The translations under genes were made by a program, and so were the position numbers. Positions 36,820 through 46,215 of a stretch of DNA of 64,000 nucleotides are shown here, one piece after another. Position 1 is the first letter of the stretch, and each line of letters opens with the position of its first letter. The stretch lies in IMG/VR virus record IMGVR_UViG_3300042308_001511, positions 280,084 through 344,083 of that record, one strand, 5' to 3'. Under the pieces are notes generated by a model. The model was given only the letters and a program-made list of their open reading frames with translations, did not search any database and was not told the origin of the DNA.

Positions 36820-37199
36820 TCTATAAATCTCAATTTGTATTCTCTTATTTCTGATTGATTTGCGGGTTCGGGCATTTCATTTCCAGATGAATCGACGAGA
36901 ACTGATAAGTCAATGTATTTATCACCTGTCAATTTTATCAATTGCTCAATAATCTTATTTGATGAGGATTGATCTTCCATTGCATCGTATATATCCTGTC
37001 CGATTTCTTTTAGAGGTAATAGGTTATGTTTAACAAAGTGATTTTTTATATCATGATTATCGAGTGATAGAGCAACAAGTATGTATTTCTCTAAATCGCT
37101 TAGTTTTCCTATAACATCGGTCATATCACCCGCGTTTAGGTATTTATAGGTCTCTATGAATTCATTCGATACCTCTAATTTTTCTTTAGTTTCTTCCAT
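36816..37199 (-). CDS. hypothetical protein
   Basis: 127 aa; ends IREYKLRFID (weak tag). Confidence 0.75.
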   Translation of the reverse strand: MEETKEKLEVSNEFIETYKYLNAGDMTDVIGKLSDLEKYILVALSLDNHDIKNHFVKHNLLPLKEIGQDIYDAMEDQSSSNKIIEQLIKLTGDKYIDLSVLVDSSGNEMPEPANQSEIREYKLRFID

Positions 37200-37205
37200 A
37201 GTTTA

Positions 37206-37520
37206 TCAATTTTTGTAAATCCATTTGTCTTCTTCGTCAAAGTAGTAGTTCTTTGTTTCTTCTGAGTTTTCAGACCTAATCTCACAATAAACCTCATTCT
37301 CTTGACAGATTTCCTCACATAGTAATGTGTCGATGTCCTCGATGTCGTCAGTGTCTAAGTTCAAAGAGATTGATAACATTTCCTCGTCTTCATCATAGTC
37401 TGTATCGACTTCTGCTTCAGCTTCAGGGTAATCACTTTGAAACCGATTAGTTATGTTATTTACTATTGTGTCGAAGTCTGAATCGGCATCAATAAAAATG
37501 TAGAATTTTGTGGTTATCAT
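37206..37520 (-). CDS. highly acidic hypothetical protein
   Basis: MITTKF..., D/E-rich. Confidence 0.7.
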   Translation of the reverse strand: MITTKFYIFIDADSDFDTIVNNITNRFQSDYPEAEAEVDTDYDEDEEMLSISLNLDTDDIEDIDTLLCEEICQENEVYCEIRSENSEETKNYYFDEEDKWIYKN

Positions 37521-37525
37521 AGCTA

Positions 37526-38122
37526 TTATTTTTTGTTTGTTTTTAATATTTCTTTTGCTTTTTCGAACGCAGTCAACATACGTTCCGGTGTCCGGCATCC
37601 TTCGAATGTATAGTATCCCCTAATGGACAATTTTTCTATTCTACAAGTCTCGTAGAGTTTTCTGAATCCATATATTTCGAGTAGTACTTGGTACCACTCA
37701 ACAGAATCTGAAACGTTGTAGAGTAGGTATTCTGAGTTTGACTTCACTACCTTTGAGAAATCTGTTTTAGTTCTCGGACAAGTAGTCAGTTTATCGAACA
37801 CAACCTTTCCACGTGGAGTGAGCTGACTTTGGTCCCAAGTACATCTTGTCGCATTTTTTTCGAAGAGTGTTAACACCCTCTGTGCTTTCTCCGAGAACTC
37901 GTCACCGAGTACTGTGTTTATGGCGGAGTCTCTTTGTATCTGATCTTGTAGTTGTTCTATAGTTTGCGTACGTGACTGTTCCGACTCTTGTGTGGCCTCT
38001 ACCGTTATGACCGTAATTTCCTCGTTACCGTTCTCTATTAGAAACTTTAGGAGATCCTTTTGTTTTTCGAACCAACGGTCGGTACCGAACCTTCTTTTCA
38101 CTAAATATATTTTCTTATTCAT
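37526..38122 (-). CDS. hypothetical protein with internal tag-like helix
   Basis: Internal QRDSAINTVLGD. Confidence 0.8.
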   Translation of the reverse strand: MNKKIYLVKRRFGTDRWFEKQKDLLKFLIENGNEEITVITVEATQESEQSRTQTIEQLQDQIQRDSAINTVLGDEFSEKAQRVLTLFEKNATRCTWDQSQLTPRGKVVFDKLTTCPRTKTDFSKVVKSNSEYLLYNVSDSVEWYQVLLEIYGFRKLYETCRIEKLSIRGYYTFEGCRTPERMLTAFEKAKEILKTNKK

Positions 38123-38420
38123 CTATTCCAATTTTACTTAGTTGCATCTCTCGGTATACCTGCTTCAGTAGGGGATAAGCGTGGTTCGCGTGGCTTGTGT
38201 CTACTTCGTCGGGGTTGATATCACCGGTGAGCAGGATTACGTACGCACCTGTGAACTCGTGGTGGTTTCTATGCCTGGTGAAGATGGCCACCCTGACCTG
38301 CCTCATATACTCATCGTCGATGTTGAATCCACGTTCGAGCATTATCTGTTCGATGTTGTCATAGAACTTGTACTCTATGATTGTATCGTTTTTGAATGAT
38401 ATGTAGAGGTAGCCTTCCAT
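38115..38420 (-). CDS. small protein with C-tag
   Basis: Ends REMQLSKIGIDE. Confidence 0.8.
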   Translation of the reverse strand: MEGYLYISFKNDTIIEYKFYDNIEQIMLERGFNIDDEYMRQVRVAIFTRHRNHHEFTGAYVILLTGDINPDEVDTSHANHAYPLLKQVYREMQLSKIGIDE

Positions 38421-38423
38421 TTA

Positions 38424-38768
38424 TTATTTTGATTCGATTATTTCTTCAACTGCTTGTATCATCATTTCTATCTCCGGTCGGTTTCCGTCTATCAGTTCGC
38501 GTGTGTCTTTACTACCTTTAAACCTCCAGTATAACATATGTGCTATAAGGAAAAATAATGCTACATTAAATGTTATTATTAGGAATCCTAAAAAATGTAT
38601 GATACAAGGTACAATCAACCAAGGTATGAACGAGATTATCCATAATACCTTCTCACTGAAGATTGATCTCAATACTTTTAGAAGTTTTAGATATCTTTTT
38701 ATGTACTTTTCACTTTTACCATCAAGATCTTTTTTAACATCTTCTTTTATTTCATCATATGTTTTCAT
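38424..38768 (-). CDS. membrane protein
   Basis: Two hydrophobic helices. Confidence 0.75.
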   Translation of the reverse strand: MKTYDEIKEDVKKDLDGKSEKYIKRYLKLLKVLRSIFSEKVLWIISFIPWLIVPCIIHFLGFLIITFNVALFFLIAHMLYWRFKGSKDTRELIDGNRPEIEMMIQAVEEIIESK

Positions 38769-38770
38769 AA

Positions 38771-39064
38771 CTAAGATAGTATTCGTTTTATGTTGCCGTT
38801 TTTGTCTGTTATGACGGTTTTCCCGGTTTTGTAAACTATTCTTACGTCTGTTCCATTAAACCTTGCTTCACTACAATCTTTCCAGTATGATCCAAAAGTG
38901 TTGCCGTTTTTGTCACATAACCAGACCTTACCATCTGTTTTTGTAACTAAGTATCTTTCGGTTACTGTGTCATAATCCGCGAATACGACATTACTCTGTA
39001 GTTGTGATCCGGTGTTCCCGTTTTGATCACATTTATATAAACGTCCGTCTTTTATGATAAACAT
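38771..39064 (-). CDS. small beta-repeat protein
   Basis: Three D[QK]NGN repeats. Confidence 0.75.
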   Translation of the reverse strand: MFIIKDGRLYKCDQNGNTGSQLQSNVVFADYDTVTERYLVTKTDGKVWLCDKNGNTFGSYWKDCSEARFNGTDVRIVYKTGKTVITDKNGNIKRILS

Positions 39065-39105
39065 ATTTTTATTTTTAGGTTATTGTAAATATAATAAAAA
39101 TTATA

Positions 39106-39582
39106 TTATATACCTATCTTTTCTAATTTCTTTTCTCTTACCTTGGCTGGGTCAGTTAGGTCGCAAAGCATCCTATAACTGGATCTTTTTAGAAAATTCG
39201 TCAGCAACGAACCTGTGAATAGTCCAATCATTGTTTCCCCGAACATCATTCCACCAAAGCCTGGTGCCCACGAGGAGACCGTGAAGTTGTCCTCGATTGA
39301 TAAAATATTATGTCTACATTCTTTATTATAGATTGCAAGTGAGTACACTCTGTCGTCAATAAACATCTTAAACCTGCCTGGATATTGTTCGTTTATTTCC
39401 TCAATCTTTACTCTTCCTGCTCTCAGTGAACGCCAGAGTCTCCACCTGTTGACCCAGTACTTTCGTTCACCGGTCGCCTCGTAGAAGATTGCCATTCCGA
39501 CACCGAGTGTTAGTATCATAAGTGCCGTCCATATGATGGACCTAGGTGGTTGTTTTTCTACTAATATGTGGTCACTTCTCAT
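39106..39582 (-). CDS. membrane protein with C-tag
   Basis: N-terminal TM; ends REKKLEKIGI. Confidence 0.8.
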   Translation of the reverse strand: MRSDHILVEKQPPRSIIWTALMILTLGVGMAIFYEATGERKYWVNRWRLWRSLRAGRVKIEEINEQYPGRFKMFIDDRVYSLAIYNKECRHNILSIEDNFTVSSWAPGFGGMMFGETMIGLFTGSLLTNFLKRSSYRMLCDLTDPAKVREKKLEKIGI

Positions 39583-39797
39583 TTCACATCATTTAGTAGT
39601 TCGTCGATGCGGTTATTTCTTCTCTCAGACTTTACCCTGGCCATCCTTTCTTCCGGAGTTTCCCCGTAATCTATGTTGTGGTAGTAGCTCAGGTAGTCCA
39701 GTGCGGACTGGTCGTCCACAAAGTTTTTGGTGTAGCCGTCGACGTTGATCTCATAACATTTTCCGTATTGGTCGCCATATGTCTTTATCTCTTTCAT
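39579..39797 (-). CDS. small protein with C-tag variant
   Basis: MKEIKTY...RNNRIDELLNDVK. Confidence 0.75.
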   Translation of the reverse strand: MKEIKTYGDQYGKCYEINVDGYTKNFVDDQSALDYLSYYHNIDYGETPEERMARVKSERRNNRIDELLNDVK

Positions 39798-40363
39798 ACT
39801 CCTATCTTTTTTAGTTTGTCTTCCCTCTCCTGCATCTTCGTCTTGAACCTCGGCAGGCGAAAGAAGTCCGTAGGTCCGAACCACCTCAGGTGAAGTTGTT
39901 GATCCTGGCCTTTAGCAATCAGTCTTCCGAACGCGTGGTGATGGTAGATGCCGTCTATCACCTCGATCTCGTGGCTTTCGTAGAGTATGTCTTTGGTGGT
40001 TTCAGTTGCGTCCCAGTCCTCCATAAATGTGATTACGATGAAGGAAATCAAGCCGATTACACCGACGACGATGCACGCTATGGTACCTGGTCCGACGACC
40101 TGTCTTTTCAGACAGAGGTTTGACTGGTTCATCTTGTCGGGGAATAGCGTCTGCTCCTTGTCGAATGTCTCTGTGCTACCATTGTATAGCTCGTAGTAGT
40201 ATTTGCCTCCGTCTTGGAAGATTGACTGTACGGATGAGAACACTGTCTCACGTTCAATCATATAAGCTGATATGAATAGTGTTATCGAGGCGACGAGTAG
40301 TAGAAATCTTTTCCAGTTCTCAATCACAATTCTTGGTATAAATAGTAGGAAGAATTTTATCAT
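39794..40363 (-). CDS. two-TM membrane protein with C-tag
   Basis: Similar layout to 43515..44123; ends REDKLKKIGV. Confidence 0.8.
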   Translation of the reverse strand: MIKFFLLFIPRIVIENWKRFLLLVASITLFISAYMIERETVFSSVQSIFQDGGKYYYELYNGSTETFDKEQTLFPDKMNQSNLCLKRQVVGPGTIACIVVGVIGLISFIVITFMEDWDATETTKDILYESHEIEVIDGIYHHHAFGRLIAKGQDQQLHLRWFGPTDFFRLPRFKTKMQEREDKLKKIGV

Positions 40364-40380
40364 TTCTTTAAATTATTATT

Positions 40381-40683
40381 CTATTTTATCCCGAGGTCTT
40401 TAAGTTTCTTTTCTCTTACAAGTTCGGTCATATGTTTTTCTACGAAGTCTTTGAACTGGTGATGTTCGTAGTCCATACCAGAACCGTGATACTCAAGATA
40501 TGTCATAACGGCAGGTTTTGTAAGTTCTATAAGATCTTCCAAATCTTTCTGTTCATATTTGGATAATTTTTTGTATTTCTCGATACCGTCTATCTGGTAA
40601 ATCAGATCCTCTATGACTTTTCGGAGTGTGCCACCGGTCAGATTCATCAGTAAATCGTCGTATGTCGGTTTTTTTGATTCCAT
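40381..40683 (-). CDS. small protein with C-tag
   Basis: Ends REKKLKDLGIK. Confidence 0.85.
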   Translation of the reverse strand: MESKKPTYDDLLMNLTGGTLRKVIEDLIYQIDGIEKYKKLSKYEQKDLEDLIELTKPAVMTYLEYHGSGMDYEHHQFKDFVEKHMTELVREKKLKDLGIK

Positions 40684-40691
40684 AGTTTCTG

Positions 40692-40937
40692 TTATATTCC
40701 TAAATCACCTAATTTCTTTTCTCGTTGTAGTGCGTCCCATTCGGACTTCGGCATCATATAGTCTTTGTGTATCTGTCTATACATTTTGTTTTCATCTATC
40801 AGTGTCACATATACACCTGATAGGTTAGATACGTTCTCGTATTCCTTTCCTAAAATTAGAGTTCCGTCTCTGGACATTCTTTCCATTTTAGGTTGCCAAT
40901 CTTTCGTAGGTTTGTAGAAGACGTATATCTCTTTCAT
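40692..40937 (-). CDS. family-B small protein with C-tag
   Basis: LILGKEYE...REKKLGDLGI. Confidence 0.85.
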   Translation of the reverse strand: MKEIYVFYKPTKDWQPKMERMSRDGTLILGKEYENVSNLSGVYVTLIDENKMYRQIHKDYMMPKSEWDALQREKKLGDLGI

Positions 40938-41179
40938 ATTCCTAGCTCGTCTATTTTTTTGTTTCTTAGTTCTATCAGGTCATCGTCTGTTATTTTTAGA
41001 GTTACCTGCTTGTTGTCTATGCTTACATCACTTATGTGGTACTTTCCGACCTCAATGCCGTAGTACTTTCTGTACAGATCCATTATCAGTGTAGTACTGT
41101 CTTTTTCACGTATGAGGTCTAATGGATCTATTTCCTTCGAAGTTATGATCCGGTCATTGTTCTGTATTCGTATTAGCAT
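40934..41179 (-). CDS. small protein with C-tag
   Basis: Ends RNKKIDELGI. Confidence 0.85.
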   Translation of the reverse strand: MLIRIQNNDRIITSKEIDPLDLIREKDSTTLIMDLYRKYYGIEVGKYHISDVSIDNKQVTLKITDDDLIELRNKKIDELGI

Positions 41180-41469
41180 TAGATTATTTCCTTTATGTGT
41201 GTGTTGCTACAAGCGTGAGATTTTGCTCTGTAACTCGTCCAGACGAACTTACTACCTGTTCCCTTCTCCTTTGGCTTGATGAACTGGAAACGTATCTCCA
41301 CGGTCTTCATAGACGGTGTTTTCTCGTCGTCTGTCTCTACGATGTCGTTTGCGAAGATTGTACCGTTGTTTTTGAACCTATTGTCTTCTGCGAGCATTGA
41401 GAAGAATCTCATAAGGTCTTTCTGATCTGCGTTTTTGAATTTGTCCTCGTTGAAGCTTAATCTGTTCAT
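41179..41469 (-). CDS. hypothetical protein
   Basis: 96-aa ORF. Confidence 0.7.
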   Translation of the reverse strand: MNRLSFNEDKFKNADQKDLMRFFSMLAEDNRFKNNGTIFANDIVETDDEKTPSMKTVEIRFQFIKPKEKGTGSKFVWTSYRAKSHACSNTHIKEII

Positions 41470-41518
41470 AGTCGTTCTTTTTTACGAATATAGTTATTTA
41501 GATTTTTATTTCAAATAA

Positions 41519-41545
41519 AAAAAAAGCGAGCATTGCTCGCTTTTT
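41519..41545. terminator. intrinsic terminator
   Basis: AAAAAGCGAGC-ATT-GCTCGCTTTTT after methyltransferase pair. Confidence 0.8.
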
Positions 41546-41546
41546 A

Positions 41547-42200
41547 TTAAAATGGATTGTCAGATATGTTTATCATCCCAAATTCGTTCTGAAAATTATC
41601 TATTTCTGGATATCTTGAACCGTTCGCGTAATGATTGAAAATGTCCATAATTCTTCTTGGGTGTTCTTTTACGTGTTCCTCACCTTTTACAAAAACGGCT
41701 ACATAATCAAACCATATATCTTGCTCTTTTAGTGAAGTGAATTGTTCTAAGACTACACAATCGTGTCCATTTCTTTTCGCCCATTTTGATAGTGCTTGTG
41801 CACTATCTGGATAAAATCTCCAACAATCGACCGGCCAACGGTGAAAAGCACCATTTGATGGTGCGTTTAAATAAAAAAGACCACCTGGTTTAAGTACTCG
41901 CATAATCTCAAGAAAAGAAAGCCAAAAGAATTCGGAGTGTTCGAAACATGAAGAACTAATTATGTAGTCTACAGAGTTATCTTCTAATGGATAAACATAT
42001 GCATCTTCCAAAACAAGATCAACGTTGTTTCCTTTTTGAAAATCTAATCCAATATATTTAACATTTGATGGTACTATATTTCTCATTGAGAATTGTCCTC
42101 CTACTGCTTGTGATCCAATATCTACAATTGTTTTACCTTCTTCGTTCTTAACATAACTTATTATGAAACGGTGTGCATTTTTTACTGATGTATCGTGCAT
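41547..42200 (-). CDS. class I SAM-dependent methyltransferase
   Basis: IVDIGS, YIGLDF, YPLEDNSVDYIISSSCFEH, RVLKPGGLF motifs. Confidence 0.85.
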   Translation of the reverse strand: MHDTSVKNAHRFIISYVKNEEGKTIVDIGSQAVGGQFSMRNIVPSNVKYIGLDFQKGNNVDLVLEDAYVYPLEDNSVDYIISSSCFEHSEFFWLSFLEIMRVLKPGGLFYLNAPSNGAFHRWPVDCWRFYPDSAQALSKWAKRNGHDCVVLEQFTSLKEQDIWFDYVAVFVKGEEHVKEHPRRIMDIFNHYANGSRYPEIDNFQNEFGMINISDNPF

Positions 42201-42206
42201 ATATTT

Positions 42207-42866
42207 TTATCTTTTTGTTATTATAACAATAGAGTTTAAAAAGTTTATAGATTCTATATCAGTTCTTATACCAGATGACTTAACATATGCTGTTTGTTCT
42301 AACATATCTTCTCTTCTTGCATGTATAGGTTCAAAATTATCACATAGACTTCCGTTGAAGTTAACATCATCTACTAAAATCTTAAAGTGTTCTATAGAAC
42401 TACCTTCTACACGAAGACCTCCTCCAAAATTTTGCCAGTATGCACAACATGAATCCTCTACTACGTATGTTCCACCATTTACCAAATATGGAAAAAGAAA
42501 ATTGAAAGATTTTAGTACATGTTGTTGTAAATGTGAACCGTCGTCAATTATAAGGTCGAACTGACCGTATTTCTCAACTACACTGCTAAGAAAATCATAA
42601 TCGTCTTGTGATCCAATCTCTATCTTTATCCTATCTTGTTCGTAGGTTTTGCAATGTGGATTTATATCAATTCCGACTACAGTGGAGTTAGGATAAAATT
42701 CTGACCAAGTTTTGACTGATGAACCTGCCAATACTCCTATCTCTAATATTTTTATTTGTTGATTTCTTTCAAATCTAAGGTATTTCTCATATTTATCACA
42801 ATAGTTGTGGATTTCAGAACTTTTATCTGTACCATTTTCTCTTGCGATTTCGTCTAATCTTTTCAT
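42207..42866 (-). CDS. class I SAM-dependent methyltransferase (sugar O-methyltransferase-like)
   Basis: GTDK..HNY, ILEIGVLAGSS, VGIDI, FDLIIDDGSH motifs. Confidence 0.85.
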   Translation of the reverse strand: MKRLDEIARENGTDKSSEIHNYCDKYEKYLRFERNQQIKILEIGVLAGSSVKTWSEFYPNSTVVGIDINPHCKTYEQDRIKIEIGSQDDYDFLSSVVEKYGQFDLIIDDGSHLQQHVLKSFNFLFPYLVNGGTYVVEDSCCAYWQNFGGGLRVEGSSIEHFKILVDDVNFNGSLCDNFEPIHARREDMLEQTAYVKSSGIRTDIESINFLNSIVIITKR

Positions 42867-42912
42867 TAATTTTTTTTATTATTTTAGTGAAAAATAATAT
42901 AAATGTTTTTAA

Positions 42913-43515
42913 TCATAAAGGTTTGAATATACGTTCGAGATCGCTGTTATGTTTTTCTTTTTGTGTTTTTCCGTCGTCCATCAAATCATAGTATCTGATT
43001 CTTCCTACACAGTTCTTCTCTATGTGACATTTAGCTTCTACGATAGACACCGGATCCTGTATACGGTATTTGTGCCCCTCGAACTCGAAGTAGTTGTTAT
43101 GAGTGTTTCCTGTGTTTTCGAAGAAGTCTACCTTCCTTTTTATGGTAGATTTGAGACCGAAAAATCGTTTGATTGCACCTGATTTTACCTCCTCTTCGAA
43201 GTATATGTAACCTAATCGGTTTTCCATAGTAAGGTCACCGTCGTTGGGTGATCCGTAGAGTTGTCCTGAAGAATAACCACTATACCTGAACCTCGAGTCT
43301 ATAAGGATGTCGATGTCATTTATATCCCTTTCTATGAGACCATATAAGTTGAGTGCTAGCGATCCGGTGATGATATCATCCGGAAGTTCTTTCGCAATGA
43401 ACCTTAGCTCTGATGTGAACTTCGCAATCGCCTTATCACAGATTTCTATTTTTCTTTCACCGGAGACGATGTCTATCTTCATATCTCTCAGTTCTTGTTG
43501 CCATTGTCCTTCCAT
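42913..43515 (-). CDS. nucleotidyltransferase-like protein with N-terminal tag remnant
   Basis: ITGSLAL...RDINDIDIL (GS/DxD signature); begins ...ELRDMKIDIVSG. Confidence 0.55.
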   Translation of the reverse strand: MEGQWQQELRDMKIDIVSGERKIEICDKAIAKFTSELRFIAKELPDDIITGSLALNLYGLIERDINDIDILIDSRFRYSGYSSGQLYGSPNDGDLTMENRLGYIYFEEEVKSGAIKRFFGLKSTIKRKVDFFENTGNTHNNYFEFEGHKYRIQDPVSIVEAKCHIEKNCVGRIRYYDLMDDGKTQKEKHNSDLERIFKPL

Positions 43516-44123
43516 CAGTTGATTCCTATTTCATCTAATTTTCTATCTCTTATCTCGTCTTTCTCGATACAGTCTTCGAGTTCCATAAACTCACTTATAC
43601 TCATACTCAGTCCGTACATCTCTTTCTTTGTCTTAGGTGAGTAAGACACCAACACCTTTTTGGTGTAAGCAGTATAGACGAAGTTGGTCGACCAGTTGTG
43701 TTGTTCTTTATTGGTGAGCTTTACGTCTTGAAGTATGGTTGCCTCAACTGCCTTCGGTATCTCCAAATCCTCCACGAAAAAACTTACGATAACGAACACT
43801 AATAGCGCTGAGGTCAGTCCAATAATTAAGATCTTACCCTCGCCGACCTCGGTCCTCTTTATGTAGTATCCGTCATCATCTTCAAACACCTCGAGCTTTT
43901 CTTCCGACTCTATCGTGTCGTTATTAAGTACGTAGTAGTGAGTGCCGTCCTTCGATTGGAAGTGTTTGTATATCTCACGGAATACTATAATATTGTCAAT
44001 CGTGAGTGACATAATGAAGAAGGTTAGTACTACGGGTAGCAGTATAGCTCTCGCTGGGTTTAACTTGATTATGTTTATTACGAGGTTTTTCCAGAACCTT
44101 CTTCTGTCTTGTTTGAACATCAT
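43515..44123 (-). CDS. two-TM membrane protein with C-tag
   Basis: Ends RDRKLDEIGIN. Confidence 0.8.
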   Translation of the reverse strand: MMFKQDRRRFWKNLVINIIKLNPARAILLPVVLTFFIMSLTIDNIIVFREIYKHFQSKDGTHYYVLNNDTIESEEKLEVFEDDDGYYIKRTEVGEGKILIIGLTSALLVFVIVSFFVEDLEIPKAVEATILQDVKLTNKEQHNWSTNFVYTAYTKKVLVSYSPKTKKEMYGLSMSISEFMELEDCIEKDEIRDRKLDEIGIN

Positions 44124-44458
44124 AGCTTAAGTGTTTTGTCTATTCTCCAGTTTCTAATATTTTCTCTTATCTCGATGAACTCGTCGAGATGATTTATTTG
44201 ACGTTCTTTGTATTCGGTAACCTTCTTTATGATGTAGTCAATCACAGTCTCGTCCTCGATCCTCTCGGATTCCTCCTTACCTGGGTAGCCGAACCAAAAC
44301 GCTGGTTCTTGTCCGAATCTTCGGTCTACACATATTTCTATGTCTTTGTTATTCCTGGCCTCAAGCCAATCAATGTTTTTCCAAACTACGGCCATCCGGC
44401 AGGTTATGCCGGTTGTACCGCCGTCTCGGTATCTGTTTATTTTCTGTATTACTAACAT
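44120..44458 (-). CDS. hypothetical protein
   Basis: Ends RNWRIDKTLKL (tag variant). Confidence 0.75.
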   Translation of the reverse strand: MLVIQKINRYRDGGTTGITCRMAVVWKNIDWLEARNNKDIEICVDRRFGQEPAFWFGYPGKEESERIEDETVIDYIIKKVTEYKERQINHLDEFIEIRENIRNWRIDKTLKL

Positions 44459-44519
44459 AAAAATATTATTTTAATGCAACATCATGATATATACTACATA
44501 CTATTCGTGATTTTAGATA

Positions 44520-45266
44520 TCAGAATATTTTTTTTGCCACAAGTACCCTAACCGTCTTCATTTTGGTTGAGTTCATACGGTGGTAACCATCTATAGCTCT
44601 GTAACCATCACCACACGGAACTACGACACCCCTTATTCCTTTATATCTTTCGTCTGAGTAGTGTTCCGTATTCTTCTTTCGAACGTTCTTAAGATGTTGT
44701 ATGGCACCGAACTTTATTTTGTCCAGTTCGACAACGGTATCCTCGTAGGTGCAATCCAGTAGGTCCTGGTGAACTGAGCCATATTCTAATAACATAAGTG
44801 CCTCGACGATGTCCTCGACATTTTGTAACTGACATATTCGAACAATATCGTCTATGATAATCCTCGCAGTTTCTTCAACGATACAGACACCCTCGACCTC
44901 TTCACCGTAGTATCCGGCGGATACATCTATGTTCCACTTCTCTGGTGACCATATCTTATGTGAACGACAGATCCTTTCCGTTGCGTAATGTAGTATCTCC
45001 ATATCAGGAAGACCCAACAACTCGTTGATCCTCGATTCCCTTTTCTTCTGCTTGTCCATAGTACCGAAGGTCATCTCGATGATACGCTCAATCACACGTG
45101 TCATATTAACATTGCTAACTCTTTTATAATCCACCGTACCGCAGCGGCATATACCCTCGTCATCACAGCCAGACTCTTTACACGAGTAAGACCAACGTGT
45201 ATCGAGCGTGACACCCGTAAATTGGAAGTCGAAGTCTACCAGTTCAAATATGTATGGATCAATCAT
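44520..45266 (-). CDS. hypothetical protein with C-terminal ParB/Srx-like motif
   Basis: GVVVP..DGYRAIDGYHR; internal RESRINELLG. Confidence 0.5.
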   Translation of the reverse strand: MIDPYIFELVDFDFQFTGVTLDTRWSYSCKESGCDDEGICRCGTVDYKRVSNVNMTRVIERIIEMTFGTMDKQKKRESRINELLGLPDMEILHYATERICRSHKIWSPEKWNIDVSAGYYGEEVEGVCIVEETARIIIDDIVRICQLQNVEDIVEALMLLEYGSVHQDLLDCTYEDTVVELDKIKFGAIQHLKNVRKKNTEHYSDERYKGIRGVVVPCGDGYRAIDGYHRMNSTKMKTVRVLVAKKIF

Positions 45267-45454
45267 CAGTCTAAGTCTATTCCGAGTTCTTCACTACAGA
45301 CATAGTCAAGTATTACTGCCATAGACATGATTTGTTCATACATATCCAGTCCGCCCATTTCAGTTTTTATATTTATTCCTAACATAAAAACTAAATAGTT
45401 TGCGTATACCTGTGCAATAGGTTTGATGATTTGGTTTTTTATAAATGATTTCAT
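45266..45454 (-). CDS. small hypothetical protein
   Basis: 62-aa ORF, coupled. Confidence 0.65.
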   Translation of the reverse strand: MKSFIKNQIIKPIAQVYANYLVFMLGINIKTEMGGLDMYEQIMSMAVILDYVCSEELGIDLD

Positions 45455-45492
45455 AATCTTTTTTTTTTTTACTAATGTAAGTAATATATTTC

Positions 45493-45921
45493 TTAGTCCA
45501 AAATTTGGTCTAATATTTGTTCCCTTCTCTCACCCTCGTCGTCGAAGTCTTCCTCGTCGAGTTCCCTTGCCAGGTTGTGCCAGTCCTCTTCGTTCTGTCT
45601 GCTTGCAAGAAGTCCTGCCAGTATACACGAGTTCAGATTCTTTGGTTCGAAACAATACTCGCTTGCGATTTCGAACGACTCTGTGAGACTAGGATCGTTT
45701 TCTGTTAGGTACTTCATCGCGTCGTAATGATAGATAAACTCTTCTTGTAAGATTGTAGTGTCCCATATTAACTCGTTCAGATCATCGAGTTCGTAGATGC
45801 TGTCGACACTTTCTATCTCCTCAATTATGGCGTCTATGTCGATGTCGTGATATTTCGGATTTTCGTCGTAGATTTCTCTGATCCTTTGTTTTAGTCTTCT
45901 GTTTGGTTCGAAGTCGTTCAT
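45493..45921 (-). CDS. highly acidic protein with C-tag variant (DNA-mimic candidate)
   Basis: D/E-rich and helical; ends REQILDQILD. Confidence 0.7.
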   Translation of the reverse strand: MNDFEPNRRLKQRIREIYDENPKYHDIDIDAIIEEIESVDSIYELDDLNELIWDTTILQEEFIYHYDAMKYLTENDPSLTESFEIASEYCFEPKNLNSCILAGLLASRQNEEDWHNLARELDEEDFDDEGERREQILDQILD

Positions 45922-46163
45922 ATACCTATTTTGTTAAGTTGTTGTTCTCTCCATTCTTGGTCTGAGGTGAATTTGCTCATGTCGAAATATCTGAAATAAC
46001 CGTCGTCGCATTTCACCTTTACTTCATATAAAATGTTTTGTATGTTCGCTCCTCTAAATGAAACCGTGTTATTACGATATGTTAAAACATTGTAAAACCT
46101 GTCTTTTGTCAGTATAATCCTATCATCAGAGGACTTTATTGTATGTTTCGCACGTAGGTTCAT
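45918..46163 (-). CDS. family-B-like small protein with C-tag
   Basis: LTKDRFY...VKCDDG...REQQLNKIGI. Confidence 0.8.
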   Translation of the reverse strand: MNLRAKHTIKSSDDRIILTKDRFYNVLTYRNNTVSFRGANIQNILYEVKVKCDDGYFRYFDMSKFTSDQEWREQQLNKIGI

Positions 46164-46215
46164 CTTTTCTTTACTACAAATATAGCCATTCCCTTTGTGG
46201 TTTTATATATAGTAT

